Positions 46,727 through 56,542 of a stretch of DNA of 64,000 nucleotides are shown here, one piece after another. How positions within the stretch are numbered: the first letter of the stretch is position 1; every line of letters starts with the position of its first letter. Made by a program: the position numbers and the translations under genes. The notes under the pieces were generated by a model, which searched no databases, was not told where the DNA came from, and saw only the letters and a list, made by a program, of their open reading frames with translations. The stretch spans positions 3,269-67,268 of the forward strand of contig CAMTVX010000044.1 of the NCBI GenBank assembly GCA_947085295.1, given 5' to 3'. The stretch comes from an uncultured Alphaproteobacteria bacterium. GTDB taxonomy: Bacteria; Pseudomonadota; Alphaproteobacteria; UBA11222.

Positions 46727-47304
46727 TTATGAAATCTGGTAATATGGCGCCTGTCGCGGTCATCATTTGTATCGCTGCTATAGGCCTTGGTGGGTGCACC
46801 AGCGCCAAGCGGGCTTTTGGCATGCAAAAGGTTGCGCCCGATGAATTTACCGTGGTCACCAAACCACCATTGGTATTGCCGCCGGATTATTCCCTGCGTC
46901 CGCCACAGCCGGGTGCGCCAAACCCGACACAGCTTACGCCCGGCGCCACCGCAGAGACCGCATTGTTTGGCCGTGAGGGATTAAGCGATAACGCCATGGG
47001 TTATACCAGTGGTGAAACCGTTCTGCTGGATACTACCGGCGGGGCAGGGGCCAACCCAAATATCCGGCAGGTTCTGAACGCAGAAACCGCCAGTCTGATT
47101 GAAAAAGACAGCTCTATCGCCGACACCATCCTGTTCTGGCAGGAGCCTGAAAAAGAGGCAGCCAATGTCATTGATCCGGTCAAGGAAGCTGAACGCCTGA
47201 AAGGCGGCAAACCGACCGAAAAGACCGACGAAAAAACGGCGCAAGCAGCCAAAAAGCCTGAGGCCAAACCAAAGAAAAAAGGTTGGTTCGAAGGATTGTT
47301 CTGA
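46723..47304 (+). CDS. DUF3035-like lipoprotein
   Basis: Lipobox LGGC; PDEFTVVTKPPLVLPPDYSLRPPQPG; canonical position after lspA. Confidence 0.85.
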   Translation: MIMKSGNMAPVAVIICIAAIGLGGCTSAKRAFGMQKVAPDEFTVVTKPPLVLPPDYSLRPPQPGAPNPTQLTPGATAETALFGREGLSDNAMGYTSGETVLLDTTGGAGANPNIRQVLNAETASLIEKDSSIADTILFWQEPEKEAANVIDPVKEAERLKGGKPTEKTDEKTAQAAKKPEAKPKKKGWFEGLF

Positions 47305-47324
47305 CAGGCGGCGGGAATAGCGGG

Positions 47325-48677
47325 ATGATGAGATTTTTGCGCCCGATCGCTGCACTTGCTGCGTTGCTGTTATTTTTCCTCGACACAGCAGTAGCACGCC
47401 CCTGGGTGCAGCCTGAGAGCTTTACCCTTGAAAATGGCATGCAGGTGATTGTGCTGCCCGATCACCGCGCGCCGGTGGTCACCCATATGGTGTGGTACCG
47501 GGTTGGTTCCGCAGATGAGCCGCCGGGAAAATCCGGCATCGCGCATTTTCTGGAACATCTGATGTTCAAGGGTACCGCGAAAATTCCGCCCGGCGAATAT
47601 TCTAAAATTGTTGCCCGGCTGGGCGGCAATGACAATGCGTTTACATCCTATGATTTTACCGCGTATTTTCAGCGTGTGGCGCTGGAAAAACTGCCGCAGG
47701 TCATGGAAATGGAAGCTGACCGCATGGCCAATCTGCGTCTTGAAGATGCGGTGGTGCTGCCGGAGCGTGATGTGATTCTGGAAGAACGCAATTCCCGCAC
47801 CGACAATAATCCCGCCGCACTGTTTTCCGAACAGGTAGAGGCCGCGCAGTTTCTGTCGCATCCTTATGGACGCCCCGTGATTGGCTGGCGGCACGAGATC
47901 GCGCAGCTTACCACCCAGGACGCGCTGGATCATTACCGCCGCCATTATGGCCCGGACAATGCCTATCTGATTGTGGCGGGTGATATTACCGCCGCCACCT
48001 TGCGCCCGTTGGCCGAGAAATATTATGGCCCGGTAAAATCGCGCGGCATTCCAGTGCGCATGCGTCCTCAGGAACCGCCGCAACTTGCCGCCCGCCGCCT
48101 GGAAATGTCGGATGATCGCGTGGCCGAACCCAACTGGCAGCGCAGCTATCTTGCGCCCAGCCATAATACACCCGCAGATGGCGACCCGGATGCGTTGCAG
48201 GTTCTGTCGCAAGTTCTGGGTGGCGGCGCAACCAGCCGCCTGTATCGGACACTGATAATCGAAAAGGCCATCGCCACATCGGCGGCCACATCCTATCAGA
48301 GCAGCGCTATGGATTACGGGCAGTTTTATGTGCAGGCGACACCGCGTGTCGGGCAGACGGTTGCGGCGCTGGAAAGCGAAATTGAAAATGTGCTGGCGCA
48401 AATGCTGAAGGATGGCGTGACGGGCGATGAAGTGGATCGCGCCAAACGTCAGATGATCGCATCCGCCGTTTACGCACAGGACAATCAGCAAACCATGGCG
48501 CAGATTTTTGGCGAAGTGCTGGCGACAGGCCGCAGTATTGAAGATATTGTGGGCTGGCCCGACCGCATTCAGACCGTCACGCCGGAACGTGTGAATGCCG
48601 CAGCAAAAGCTGTATTTCGGGCGGAAAATTCCGTCACCGGCGTTTTATTGCCCAGTAATAAATCGGGGAAGAAATAA
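47325..48677 (+). CDS. M16 (insulinase/pitrilysin) zinc peptidase, catalytic subunit
   Basis: GIAHFLEHLMFKGT (HxxEH), NAFTSYD, ERDVILEER. Confidence 0.95.
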   Translation: MMRFLRPIAALAALLLFFLDTAVARPWVQPESFTLENGMQVIVLPDHRAPVVTHMVWYRVGSADEPPGKSGIAHFLEHLMFKGTAKIPPGEYSKIVARLGGNDNAFTSYDFTAYFQRVALEKLPQVMEMEADRMANLRLEDAVVLPERDVILEERNSRTDNNPAALFSEQVEAAQFLSHPYGRPVIGWRHEIAQLTTQDALDHYRRHYGPDNAYLIVAGDITAATLRPLAEKYYGPVKSRGIPVRMRPQEPPQLAARRLEMSDDRVAEPNWQRSYLAPSHNTPADGDPDALQVLSQVLGGGATSRLYRTLIIEKAIATSAATSYQSSAMDYGQFYVQATPRVGQTVAALESEIENVLAQMLKDGVTGDEVDRAKRQMIASAVYAQDNQQTMAQIFGEVLATGRSIEDIVGWPDRIQTVTPERVNAAAKAVFRAENSVTGVLLPSNKSGKK

Positions 48678-50005
48678 TGCGCGCGCGCATGGACCGGATC
48701 ATCGCCCTGTGTCTGGTTGGACTGTGCCTGTTTTTGGTGCGACCCGCGAATGCCGTTAATATTCAGCGCGTGATCAGCCCCGGCGGCATCGAGGCCTGGC
48801 TTGTGGAACAGCACACCATCCCCCTCATTGCTATGGATTTCGCATTCCGGGGTGGCTCGAAACTTGATCCGGACGACAAGGTCGGCATGGCCCGGCTGGC
48901 CGCCGCGACCATTGATGAAGGCGCGGGCGATCTGGATAGTCAGGCGTTTCAGAAACGACTGGAAGAACTGGCGATCAAGCTTGGCTTTCAAACCGATCAG
49001 GATGCGTTTCGGGGCGGCCTGCAAACGCTGACAGAAAATTGCGACGAAGCATTCCGGCTGACCCGGCTGGCATTAAGCGCGCCGCGCTTTGATGCGGAAC
49101 CGGTCGCGCGTATCAAGGCGCAATTGCTGGCGAACCTGCAACAGGCCGAAGAAGACCCCGACGCCATTGCCGGCAAGGCATGGTTTGCCGCCGCCTTTCC
49201 CGATCATCCCTATGGCCGTCCGTCTGAGGGCGAGACCGATCATATCAAACGCATCAGCGCCGATGATCTGCGTCAGTTTTCCGCACGGCAATTTACCCGC
49301 GATCAATTATTGATTGCGGTGGTCGGCGATATTGACGCGGTGCGTCTGGGGCAGTTGCTGGATGCGACATTTGGCGATCTTCCCAAAAGTTTAGATCAGC
49401 CCGATGCGACGCCCGTCATACCTGTGGTTAACAAAACCATCGTGATCAAACGCGACATTCCCCAGACCGTGATGATGTTCGGCCTGCCCGGCCTGTTGCG
49501 CAAGGACCCGGATTTTATTCCGGCAACTGTAATGAATTATATTCTGGGCAGTGGCGGGTTTAATTCCCGCCTGATGGTGGAAATCAGGGAAAAGCGCGGT
49601 CTGGCTTATTCCGTGTACACACATTTGTCGCCGCTTGCGCAATCCGGCCTGTTTTTTGGCGGCGTTGCGACACAGAATGATCGCGCCAATGATACAGTCG
49701 CGCTGTTGCGCCACGAACTGGCCCGGATGCGCGACGAAGGTGTAACGCCCAAAGAGCTTGACGACGCAAAGACCTATCTGACCGGGTCATACCCGCTGCG
49801 CTTTGACAGCAACGCCAAAATCTCGGAACAATTGCTGGGCCTGCAACTGGAAAATATCGGGATCGATTATATTGACCGGCGCAATGATCTGGTGCGCGCG
49901 GTTACTCTGGAAGATGTGAACCGTACGGCCAGAGAACTGTTGAACCCTGATAATTTACTGCTGGTTTCGGTTGGTCAACCCAGCGGCACAAATCCCGTAA
50001 AGTGA
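48677..50005 (+). CDS. M16 peptidase, non-catalytic partner subunit
   Basis: Lacks HxxEH; ILGSGGFNSRLM.EIREKRGLAYSV. Confidence 0.92.
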   Translation: MRARMDRIIALCLVGLCLFLVRPANAVNIQRVISPGGIEAWLVEQHTIPLIAMDFAFRGGSKLDPDDKVGMARLAAATIDEGAGDLDSQAFQKRLEELAIKLGFQTDQDAFRGGLQTLTENCDEAFRLTRLALSAPRFDAEPVARIKAQLLANLQQAEEDPDAIAGKAWFAAAFPDHPYGRPSEGETDHIKRISADDLRQFSARQFTRDQLLIAVVGDIDAVRLGQLLDATFGDLPKSLDQPDATPVIPVVNKTIVIKRDIPQTVMMFGLPGLLRKDPDFIPATVMNYILGSGGFNSRLMVEIREKRGLAYSVYTHLSPLAQSGLFFGGVATQNDRANDTVALLRHELARMRDEGVTPKELDDAKTYLTGSYPLRFDSNAKISEQLLGLQLENIGIDYIDRRNDLVRAVTLEDVNRTARELLNPDNLLLVSVGQPSGTNPVK

Positions 50006-50015
50006 GAGGGTGTTG

Positions 50016-51308
50016 ATGAGCTACACGCAAAATATCGACGGCTGTTTCGGCGCGGACCGGCTGACCAGAGCGGATTTCGATACTGTTCTGGCCAGCACCG
50101 CGCCAGCCCTGACGAAATTGCGCGCGCAGCATGGCGATGGTTCGCTGCCGCTGTTGCGCCTGCCCGAAGCGCGCGATGATCTGGCGTCATGCGAAAAACT
50201 GGCCGCGCATCTTGTGAAGGATACCAGCAATCTGGTCCTGCTTGGCACCGGCGGGTCCAGTCTGGGCGCACAGGCGCTGGCGCAAACGGTGGATAAATAT
50301 CGCCCCATCGGATTGCCCCGCGAAGGCGAGCCACGCTTTCACTTTCTCGATAATCTTGATCCGTTTGCGATGGACGCGGTGTTGGGCCAGCTTGACTTGC
50401 GCACGACGCGCTTTCTGGTGATTTCCAAATCCGGCAATACGGCGGAAACCATGAGCCAGGCCCTGTCTGTGATCGCGGCGCTGGAGGCGGCCGGCGGTGG
50501 CAAATATATGAAACATCATTTCGGCGTGATTACCGAACCTGGTGATCGGGCCACGCGCCGATTGGCGGCGCAATATGACATTCCGGTAGTCGATCATCCG
50601 CAAGGTGTGGGCGGGCGTTATTCGGTGCTGAGCAGTGTCGGCATGGTGCCCGCTTTTTGTCTGGGGCTGGATGGCGCAGCGATACGCGCTGGCGCCGCGT
50701 CGGTGCTGGCCCCGGTTTTGGCGGGCGCGCAGCCCGGTGATATTCCGGCGGCTGTGGGTGCGGCGCTGACTATCGCGTGTGAAAATAAACTGGGTGCGCG
50801 TTCCCAGGTGGTGATGCCGTATGGGGATCGTCTGGAACGTTTCGCCATGTGGCATCGCCAGATTTGGGCCGAAAGTCTGGGCAAGGATGGCAAGGGCACC
50901 ACGCCGATCGCAGCGCTTGGCCCGGTGGACCAGCACAGCCAGTTGCAATTATATCTGGGTGGTCCGCGCGATAAGCTGTACACGATTTTCACGCAAGGGC
51001 TTGCGGGCAAAGGGCCGCGCATAGTCAGCGCCGATCCGGAACTGGCCTATCTGAATGGCCGCACCGTGGGTGATCTGGCCGATGCCGAACAACGCGCCAC
51101 CATTGATACGCTGATCGCCAATGCGCGCCCCATTCGCACATTTAATGTGCCGACACCGGATGCGCACACCATTGGCGCGCTGTTCATGCATTTCATGCTG
51201 GAAACCATTATCGCCGCGCATGTGCTGGGCGTTGATCCGTTTGATCAGCCCGCCGTCGAACAGGGCAAGGTGCTGGCGAAAAAATATTTGCAGGAGATGC
51301 GGGGATGA
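50016..51308 (+). CDS. pgi: Glucose-6-phosphate isomerase (short type)
   Basis: [54 protein letters not shown]. Confidence 0.93.
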   Translation: MSYTQNIDGCFGADRLTRADFDTVLASTAPALTKLRAQHGDGSLPLLRLPEARDDLASCEKLAAHLVKDTSNLVLLGTGGSSLGAQALAQTVDKYRPIGLPREGEPRFHFLDNLDPFAMDAVLGQLDLRTTRFLVISKSGNTAETMSQALSVIAALEAAGGGKYMKHHFGVITEPGDRATRRLAAQYDIPVVDHPQGVGGRYSVLSSVGMVPAFCLGLDGAAIRAGAASVLAPVLAGAQPGDIPAAVGAALTIACENKLGARSQVVMPYGDRLERFAMWHRQIWAESLGKDGKGTTPIAALGPVDQHSQLQLYLGGPRDKLYTIFTQGLAGKGPRIVSADPELAYLNGRTVGDLADAEQRATIDTLIANARPIRTFNVPTPDAHTIGALFMHFMLETIIAAHVLGVDPFDQPAVEQGKVLAKKYLQEMRG

Positions 51309-53077
51309 AGCTGCGCCGCCTGCCGGAAGATATCGTCAATCGCATTGCCGCAGGCGAAGTGATTGAACGCCCGGCAAGTGCTGCAAAAGAACTGATCGAA
51401 AACGCCATTGACGCGGGCGCGTCGCGCATCGACATCGCCATCGGTGGCGGCGGGCGAGAACTGATTTCGGTCAGCGACGACGGCAAGGGCATGACACCAG
51501 ACGAGTTGACGCTATGCATTGAGCGCCACGCCACGTCAAAACTTGATGACAATGACCTGTTCAATATTTCCAGCCTGGGTTTTCGCGGCGAGGCGCTGCC
51601 GTCCATTGGTTCTGTCAGCCGTCTGATGATTACCAGCCGGACGGCACAAGCAAAAGACGGGGCCTGGATGATCGCCGTAACCGGCGGCGCGATCAGCGCG
51701 CCACAACCTGCCGCAGGACGCCCCGGTACGACCGCCGAAGTGCGCGATCTGTTTTTCGCCACGCCGGCGCGCCTGAAATTTCTGAAAAGCGAGACGGCCG
51801 AACAGGGGGCCATTACCGACATGGTGAAACGCCTGGCGATGGCGCACCCGCAGATCAGTTTCAGCCTGACGCATAATGGGCGGCGTACGCTTGATCTTGC
51901 CAGCGAACAGGGCGATTTTCTGGATGCCAGGACCGCGCGCCTGCGCGCCATCATGGGGCGCGAGTTTGGCGAAAACAGCATTGCGGTGGATGCAGTGCGC
52001 GATGGCATACAACTGACCGGGCGCGCGGGATTGCCGACATACAATCGTGGTACGGCGCAAATGCAATATCTGTTCGTCAATGGACGCCCGGTGCGCGACA
52101 AGCTGCTGCATGGCGCGGTGCGCGGCGCCTATCAGGATTTTCTGGCCCGCGACCGGCATCCTGCACTTGTGTTGTTCCTGACGATTGATCCGCATCAGGT
52201 GGATGTGAATGTGCATCCCGCCAAGGCCGAAGTACGGTTCCGGGATTCAGGCATCATCCGTGGATTGATTGTTTCTGGCCTGCGTCATGCGCTGGCAGAT
52301 GGCGGACACCGTTCATCAACCACAACATCACTGGCCGCACTTGGCGCGATGCGCCCCGGAAGTTTGCCGCTTTCCCGCCCGGGACAGGGACAGATTGATG
52401 CGGCGATGCAGTTTCAGGCGCCTGACCAGAATTTCGGGTTTTCAGAACCCTCTGCACGCTTTGAAATGCCGGATTTTACCGCGCAAAACATGACGGATTA
52501 TCCGCTGGGCGTGGCGCGCGGCCAATTGCACAGCACTTATATTATCGCGCAGACAGATAGCGGTATTGTCATTGTCGATCAGCACGCCGCCCATGAACGC
52601 CTTGTGCTGGAGCGCATGAAACAGCATCTGCAAACCGGACATGCGCCGGGGCAAATGCTGTTGCTGCCCGAAGTGGTGGAAATGGATGAAGATGCGGTGG
52701 CGGCACTAGCGGAACGCGCGGATGAGCTGGCCACGCTGGGCCTGGTGCTGGAACCGTTCGGCCCCGGTGCGGTGGTGGTGCGCGAAACCCCGGCACTGCT
52801 GGGCGAGTGTGATATTGCTGGATTGCTGCGCGATCTGGCCGATGATATCAGCGAATGGGGGGCCACCCATTCGCTGAAAGAAAGACTGGAAGATGTCTGC
52901 GCCTCGATGGCCTGTCATGGCAGCGTGCGCGCGGGACGGCAATTAACCGCCATTGAAATGAACGCGCTGCTGCGTGAAATGGAAACCACGCCACATTCCG
53001 GCCAATGCAATCACGGCCGCCCGACCTATGTTGAACTGAAACTGGCGGACATCGAAAAACTGTTCGGGCGGCGCTAA
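51305..53077 (+). CDS. mutL: DNA mismatch repair protein
   Basis: [54 protein letters not shown]. Confidence 0.98.
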   Translation: MKLRRLPEDIVNRIAAGEVIERPASAAKELIENAIDAGASRIDIAIGGGGRELISVSDDGKGMTPDELTLCIERHATSKLDDNDLFNISSLGFRGEALPSIGSVSRLMITSRTAQAKDGAWMIAVTGGAISAPQPAAGRPGTTAEVRDLFFATPARLKFLKSETAEQGAITDMVKRLAMAHPQISFSLTHNGRRTLDLASEQGDFLDARTARLRAIMGREFGENSIAVDAVRDGIQLTGRAGLPTYNRGTAQMQYLFVNGRPVRDKLLHGAVRGAYQDFLARDRHPALVLFLTIDPHQVDVNVHPAKAEVRFRDSGIIRGLIVSGLRHALADGGHRSSTTTSLAALGAMRPGSLPLSRPGQGQIDAAMQFQAPDQNFGFSEPSARFEMPDFTAQNMTDYPLGVARGQLHSTYIIAQTDSGIVIVDQHAAHERLVLERMKQHLQTGHAPGQMLLLPEVVEMDEDAVAALAERADELATLGLVLEPFGPGAVVVRETPALLGECDIAGLLRDLADDISEWGATHSLKERLEDVCASMACHGSVRAGRQLTAIEMNALLREMETTPHSGQCNHGRPTYVELKLADIEKLFGRR

Positions 53078-53078
53078 A

Positions 53079-54938
53079 TCAATCCAGTTCGAACGCGTCC
53101 TTGTAATCCAGCTTTAGTGCGGGATCCTGCTCGACCTTGCGCAGGATGCAGTTGCCCACGGCCAGCAGATCAAGCTCTGATCCCATCAGACAGCGGAACG
53201 CGTCTTCGGGCGTGCACACAATCGGTTCGCCGCGTACATTGAAGCTGGTATTCACCACCACCGGGCAGCCGGTCAACGCATAAAACCGCGATATCAGCGC
53301 GTGATACATAGGATTGGTTTGGGCGTGCACGGTTTGAATGCGCGCCGAATAATCCACATGCGTGACGGCGGGAATGTCTGAGCGAGGAACATTCAGCTTG
53401 TCTATGCCGAACAGTTTGTTTTCTTCTTCCGTCATTTTGCGGCGCTTGCCCGCCACCACATCGGCCACCAGCAGCATGTAGGGACTATCGCCATCCTGCT
53501 CAAACCACTCGCCAACATGTTCGCGCAGCACGGACGGCGCAAAGGGACGGAAACTTTCGCGATATTTGACTTTCAGATTAAGTGTTTTCTGCATCGCGGG
53601 CGAACGCGCATCGCCCAGGATGGAACGGCCGCCCAGTGCGCGCGGACCAAATTCCATACGTCCCTGAAACCAGCCAACCGCATCGCCATTGGCAATGGCC
53701 TGGGCAGTGGTTTCAATCATCGCGTCCTGTGTCATCACTTCAAATTTTGCGCCCGCCGTGCGCAATCGCCGTTCAATATCGTCCTGCGCATATACGGGGC
53801 CCAGATAGCTGCCCTGCATGCGATCGTCAGACATTCTCAGCGGCCCGCTGCTTGCCGGTAATGGCAAGCGCGGTTGATCCTTGTACAGATGATAGCCTGC
53901 CAGCGCCGCGCCCAGGGCGCCACCCGCGTCGCCCGCCGCTGGCTGCACCCAGATATTTTCAAAGGCGCCATCGCGCAGAATCTTGCCGTTGGCAACGCAG
54001 TTCAAGGCCACGCCGCCCGCCATGCACAGGTTTTTCTGGCCGGTTTCCTTTGCCAGCGCCCGTGTAAGGCGCAGCACCACTTCCTCGACCACCGCCTGGA
54101 TTGATGCCGCCATATCCATATGAAAATCGGTAAGCTGCTGCTCCGGCCCGCGTACCGGTTGCCCGAACAGATCAGCAAACTTCTGATTGGTCATGGTCAG
54201 GCCAGTGCAATAATCAAAATAGGATTGATCAAGACGGAACGAGCCGTCGGGTTTCAAATCCATCAGATGATCAAAAAATTTCTGCGCATACCGGGGTGTG
54301 CCATAGGGCGCAAGGCCCATCACCTTATATTCGCCGGAATTGACCTTGAAGCCGATATAATAGGTGGCGGCGGAATAAAGCAGGCCCAGCGAATGCGGAA
54401 AATGCATTTCCTTGAATACTTCAAGCGAATTGCCGCGCCCTATCGCTGCCGAACAGGACGCCCATTCGCCGACACCATCCAGCGTCAGTACGGCGGCCTC
54501 TTCAAACGGCGACGGGAAGAACGCGCTGGCCGCGTGGCTCAAATGATGTTCGCTGAACAGCAGTTGGTTTTCCCAGTCAAATTTTTCATCAAATTTTTTG
54601 AATTCACCGCGCAGCAGATCTTTCTGAAACAGTTTTTCGCGCAGCCATAACGGGATCGCCATACGAAACGACTTAAACCCACGTGGCGCAAACGCCAGAT
54701 AGGTTTCCAGCAGGCGTTCAAATTTCAAAAATGGTTTGTCGTAAAAGGTGACAAAATCCACATCCCCCAGGCCGATGCCGCCCTCGGAAAGACAATATTC
54801 CACAGCGTTGGCAGGAAACCGCGCGTCGTGTTTTTTGCGGGTGAAACGCTCTTCCTGCGCGGCCGCAACAATGCGTCCGCCATCGACCAGCGCCGCAGCG
54901 CTATCATGATAATAGGCTGATATGCCAAGGATACGCAT
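53079..54938 (-). CDS. CmcH/NodU-family O-carbamoyltransferase (SxtI-like)
   Basis: ILGISAYYHDSAAAL, AAQEERFTRKKHD, EHHLSHAASAF, EYKVMGLAPYG, EFGPRALGGRS, RESFRPFAP, NTSFNVRGEPIV. Confidence 0.93.
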   Translation of the reverse strand: MRILGISAYYHDSAAALVDGGRIVAAAQEERFTRKKHDARFPANAVEYCLSEGGIGLGDVDFVTFYDKPFLKFERLLETYLAFAPRGFKSFRMAIPLWLREKLFQKDLLRGEFKKFDEKFDWENQLLFSEHHLSHAASAFFPSPFEEAAVLTLDGVGEWASCSAAIGRGNSLEVFKEMHFPHSLGLLYSAATYYIGFKVNSGEYKVMGLAPYGTPRYAQKFFDHLMDLKPDGSFRLDQSYFDYCTGLTMTNQKFADLFGQPVRGPEQQLTDFHMDMAASIQAVVEEVVLRLTRALAKETGQKNLCMAGGVALNCVANGKILRDGAFENIWVQPAAGDAGGALGAALAGYHLYKDQPRLPLPASSGPLRMSDDRMQGSYLGPVYAQDDIERRLRTAGAKFEVMTQDAMIETTAQAIANGDAVGWFQGRMEFGPRALGGRSILGDARSPAMQKTLNLKVKYRESFRPFAPSVLREHVGEWFEQDGDSPYMLLVADVVAGKRRKMTEEENKLFGIDKLNVPRSDIPAVTHVDYSARIQTVHAQTNPMYHALISRFYALTGCPVVVNTSFNVRGEPIVCTPEDAFRCLMGSELDLLAVGNCILRKVEQDPALKLDYKDAFELD

Positions 54939-54950
54939 TTGAATACCGGC

Positions 54951-55100
54951 CTAAAATAGCGTGTAGATAAACGGTGCGATGGCAGAGCCCTGACTTAACA
55001 CAATCAGCCCGCCGAACAGCGCCATCATCAGCATCACAGGCGCCAGCCAATATTTTTTTCTGGCCCGCATGAACGCCCAAAGTTCTTTAATAAAAGACAT
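54951..55100 (-). CDS. DUF5989/SxtK-like 49-aa membrane peptide (not in the ORF track)
   Basis: Manual translation MSFIKELWAFMRARKKYWLAPVMLMMALFGGLIVLSQGSAIAPFIYTLF*. Confidence 0.88.
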   Translation of the reverse strand: MSFIKELWAFMRARKKYWLAPVMLMMALFGGLIVLSQGSAIAPFIYTLF

Positions 55101-55108
55101 GTTACCCC

Positions 55109-55528
55109 TCAGAACTGATTTTTTAATGATGCCGGCGGCGGACCCGGCGGATCACGCCTGATCCAGTAGCTTTGCGCGGCGGGGTCAAATTTCAGATTTA
55201 ACGGCCGCGCTCCAAACAGGCGCATCAGCCAACCAGTTGGCGTGACGGTAAAATAAAACAACAAGCCCATGATAATCGGACTGACAATGGCGTTTAGCAG
55301 CATGCCAAATTTGAACCATAGCCGGTTGAGTGGCGCGAGCAATCGGGGAGCGATCAGCGTTACAGCCAGAAACGAAACCGAAACAGCAAGCCAATAGATC
55401 AAAAGGCTGCTGGCGTTCCACCATGCCAATCCCGATATCAGTGCGAAAAACCCCGCAAAGACAAATCCAAAAGAGCGTTCGGATCCTATCTTGACGTCGT
55501 GGGCGGCGCCTACATTTTCATGCGTCAT
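55109..55528 (-). CDS. SxtJ-like membrane protein
   Basis: SERSFGFVFA, PLNRLWFKFG.LL..IVSPII, TPTGWLMR, QSYWI.R, QF* terminus. Confidence 0.88.
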   Translation of the reverse strand: MTHENVGAAHDVKIGSERSFGFVFAGFFALISGLAWWNASSLLIYWLAVSVSFLAVTLIAPRLLAPLNRLWFKFGMLLNAIVSPIIMGLLFYFTVTPTGWLMRLFGARPLNLKFDPAAQSYWIRRDPPGPPPASLKNQF

Positions 55529-55544
55529 ATATACAAATTCACCT

Positions 55545-55592
55545 TGTCAAAACTACGCTGTCAAAACTACGCTTTACTACGCTTTCAAAACT
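55545..55592 (+). repeat. 14-bp perfect tandem duplication plus partial copies upstream of sxtJ
   Basis: TGTCAAAACTACGC x2 (55545-55572), then TTTACTACGCTTTCAAAACT. Confidence 0.9.
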
Positions 55593-55625
55593 TTGCACTG
55601 TATCAATAGATATTACAGTATTCGG

Positions 55626-56432
55626 TTATAATACAGGGAAAGCTGTTAAAAGTTCGTGACCGGTTTGTAATAACCAGCGCTTGTTGGCTTCCAGTATCAG
55701 GCAGGTAAGTTTCCCGGTGGCATGCGCCCCCGTATCAATTCCAATTCGGTTGGGCTTGATTTCGACCGCATTACAGACTGTGTGGCCATGCACGACAATG
55801 GCGCCGAAGTCATTGTTATAATTCAGAAAAGGCCCGCGAATCCAAATCAGATCCTGTTCCTGCTGCCTGTCAAGCGGCACCCCGGGCCGCACCCCGGCAT
55901 GGGCAAAGAAATAGCCGCCGGCCTGGTGACAGGGCTTCAGATTTTGCAAAAAAGCCAGTTCCCTGGGCAGCAATGCTTCAGAAAGTAATTGTGCTGCGCG
56001 CGCCAGTTGCCCGGACTGGCCGAACTCCGAAGGAACGGTGATCCCAAATTCCCGCAATACCGCGTCCCCCCCGATATTCAACCAGGCAGAACCGCTGTAG
56101 GCATCATCAAGAAAGCTGAGCAGCATGGCCTCGTGATTGCCGCGTAAATGCAGCTTGTTAAATCCAGCGGGCTCATCGTCCATCGCCAGCGCCATCACCC
56201 CCCGGCTGTCAGGGCCGCGATCAACATAGTCCCCCAGATAGATCAGATGGTTGCGCGCCCATCCGCGCGATGCCGCGTCTTTGGCAATCATCGCATGCAA
56301 TTGCCGCAACAGATCCGCGCGACCGTGCACATCCCCCACGGCATAGATACGTTCACCGGCCGGGACTGTAATTGTGGGGCTGCGGGCGTTGCCACCAAAC
56401 AGGGTTTTCAAACGGGTGAGATTAATGGGCAT
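55626..56432 (-). CDS. Metallophosphoesterase (PphA/ApaH-like Ser/Thr phosphatase family)
   Basis: GDVHG, GDYVDRG, LRGNHE, FAHAG, VHGHT, GIDTGA. Confidence 0.93.
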   Translation of the reverse strand: MPINLTRLKTLFGGNARSPTITVPAGERIYAVGDVHGRADLLRQLHAMIAKDAASRGWARNHLIYLGDYVDRGPDSRGVMALAMDDEPAGFNKLHLRGNHEAMLLSFLDDAYSGSAWLNIGGDAVLREFGITVPSEFGQSGQLARAAQLLSEALLPRELAFLQNLKPCHQAGGYFFAHAGVRPGVPLDRQQEQDLIWIRGPFLNYNNDFGAIVVHGHTVCNAVEIKPNRIGIDTGAHATGKLTCLILEANKRWLLQTGHELLTAFPVL

Positions 56433-56542
56433 GGTCGTGATTTATACACATTCTGACGAAAAATACCAACGGCAGCCTTAACCATCTGGCAACCATCATC
56501 TGCGACTATGGAATGCACCTTTTATTAACTTCGCGGTCTTTC

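Noticed and set aside
11649-55000. Long antisense or alternate-frame ORFs in the track (e.g. 11649-12551, 18285-19445, 22911-23933, 47370-48491, 51208-52101)
   Set aside because: They shadow well-supported genes in high-GC DNA and show no recognisable motifs.
53079-55528. Saxitoxin biosynthesis
   Set aside because: Only sxtI/J/K-like genes are present; these are widespread, and no core pathway gene is in the window.
53048-56520. mutL 3'-end relic beyond the carbamoyltransferase block
   Set aside because: No convincing match beyond 5 bp in the spacers at 55529-55625 or 56433-56542.
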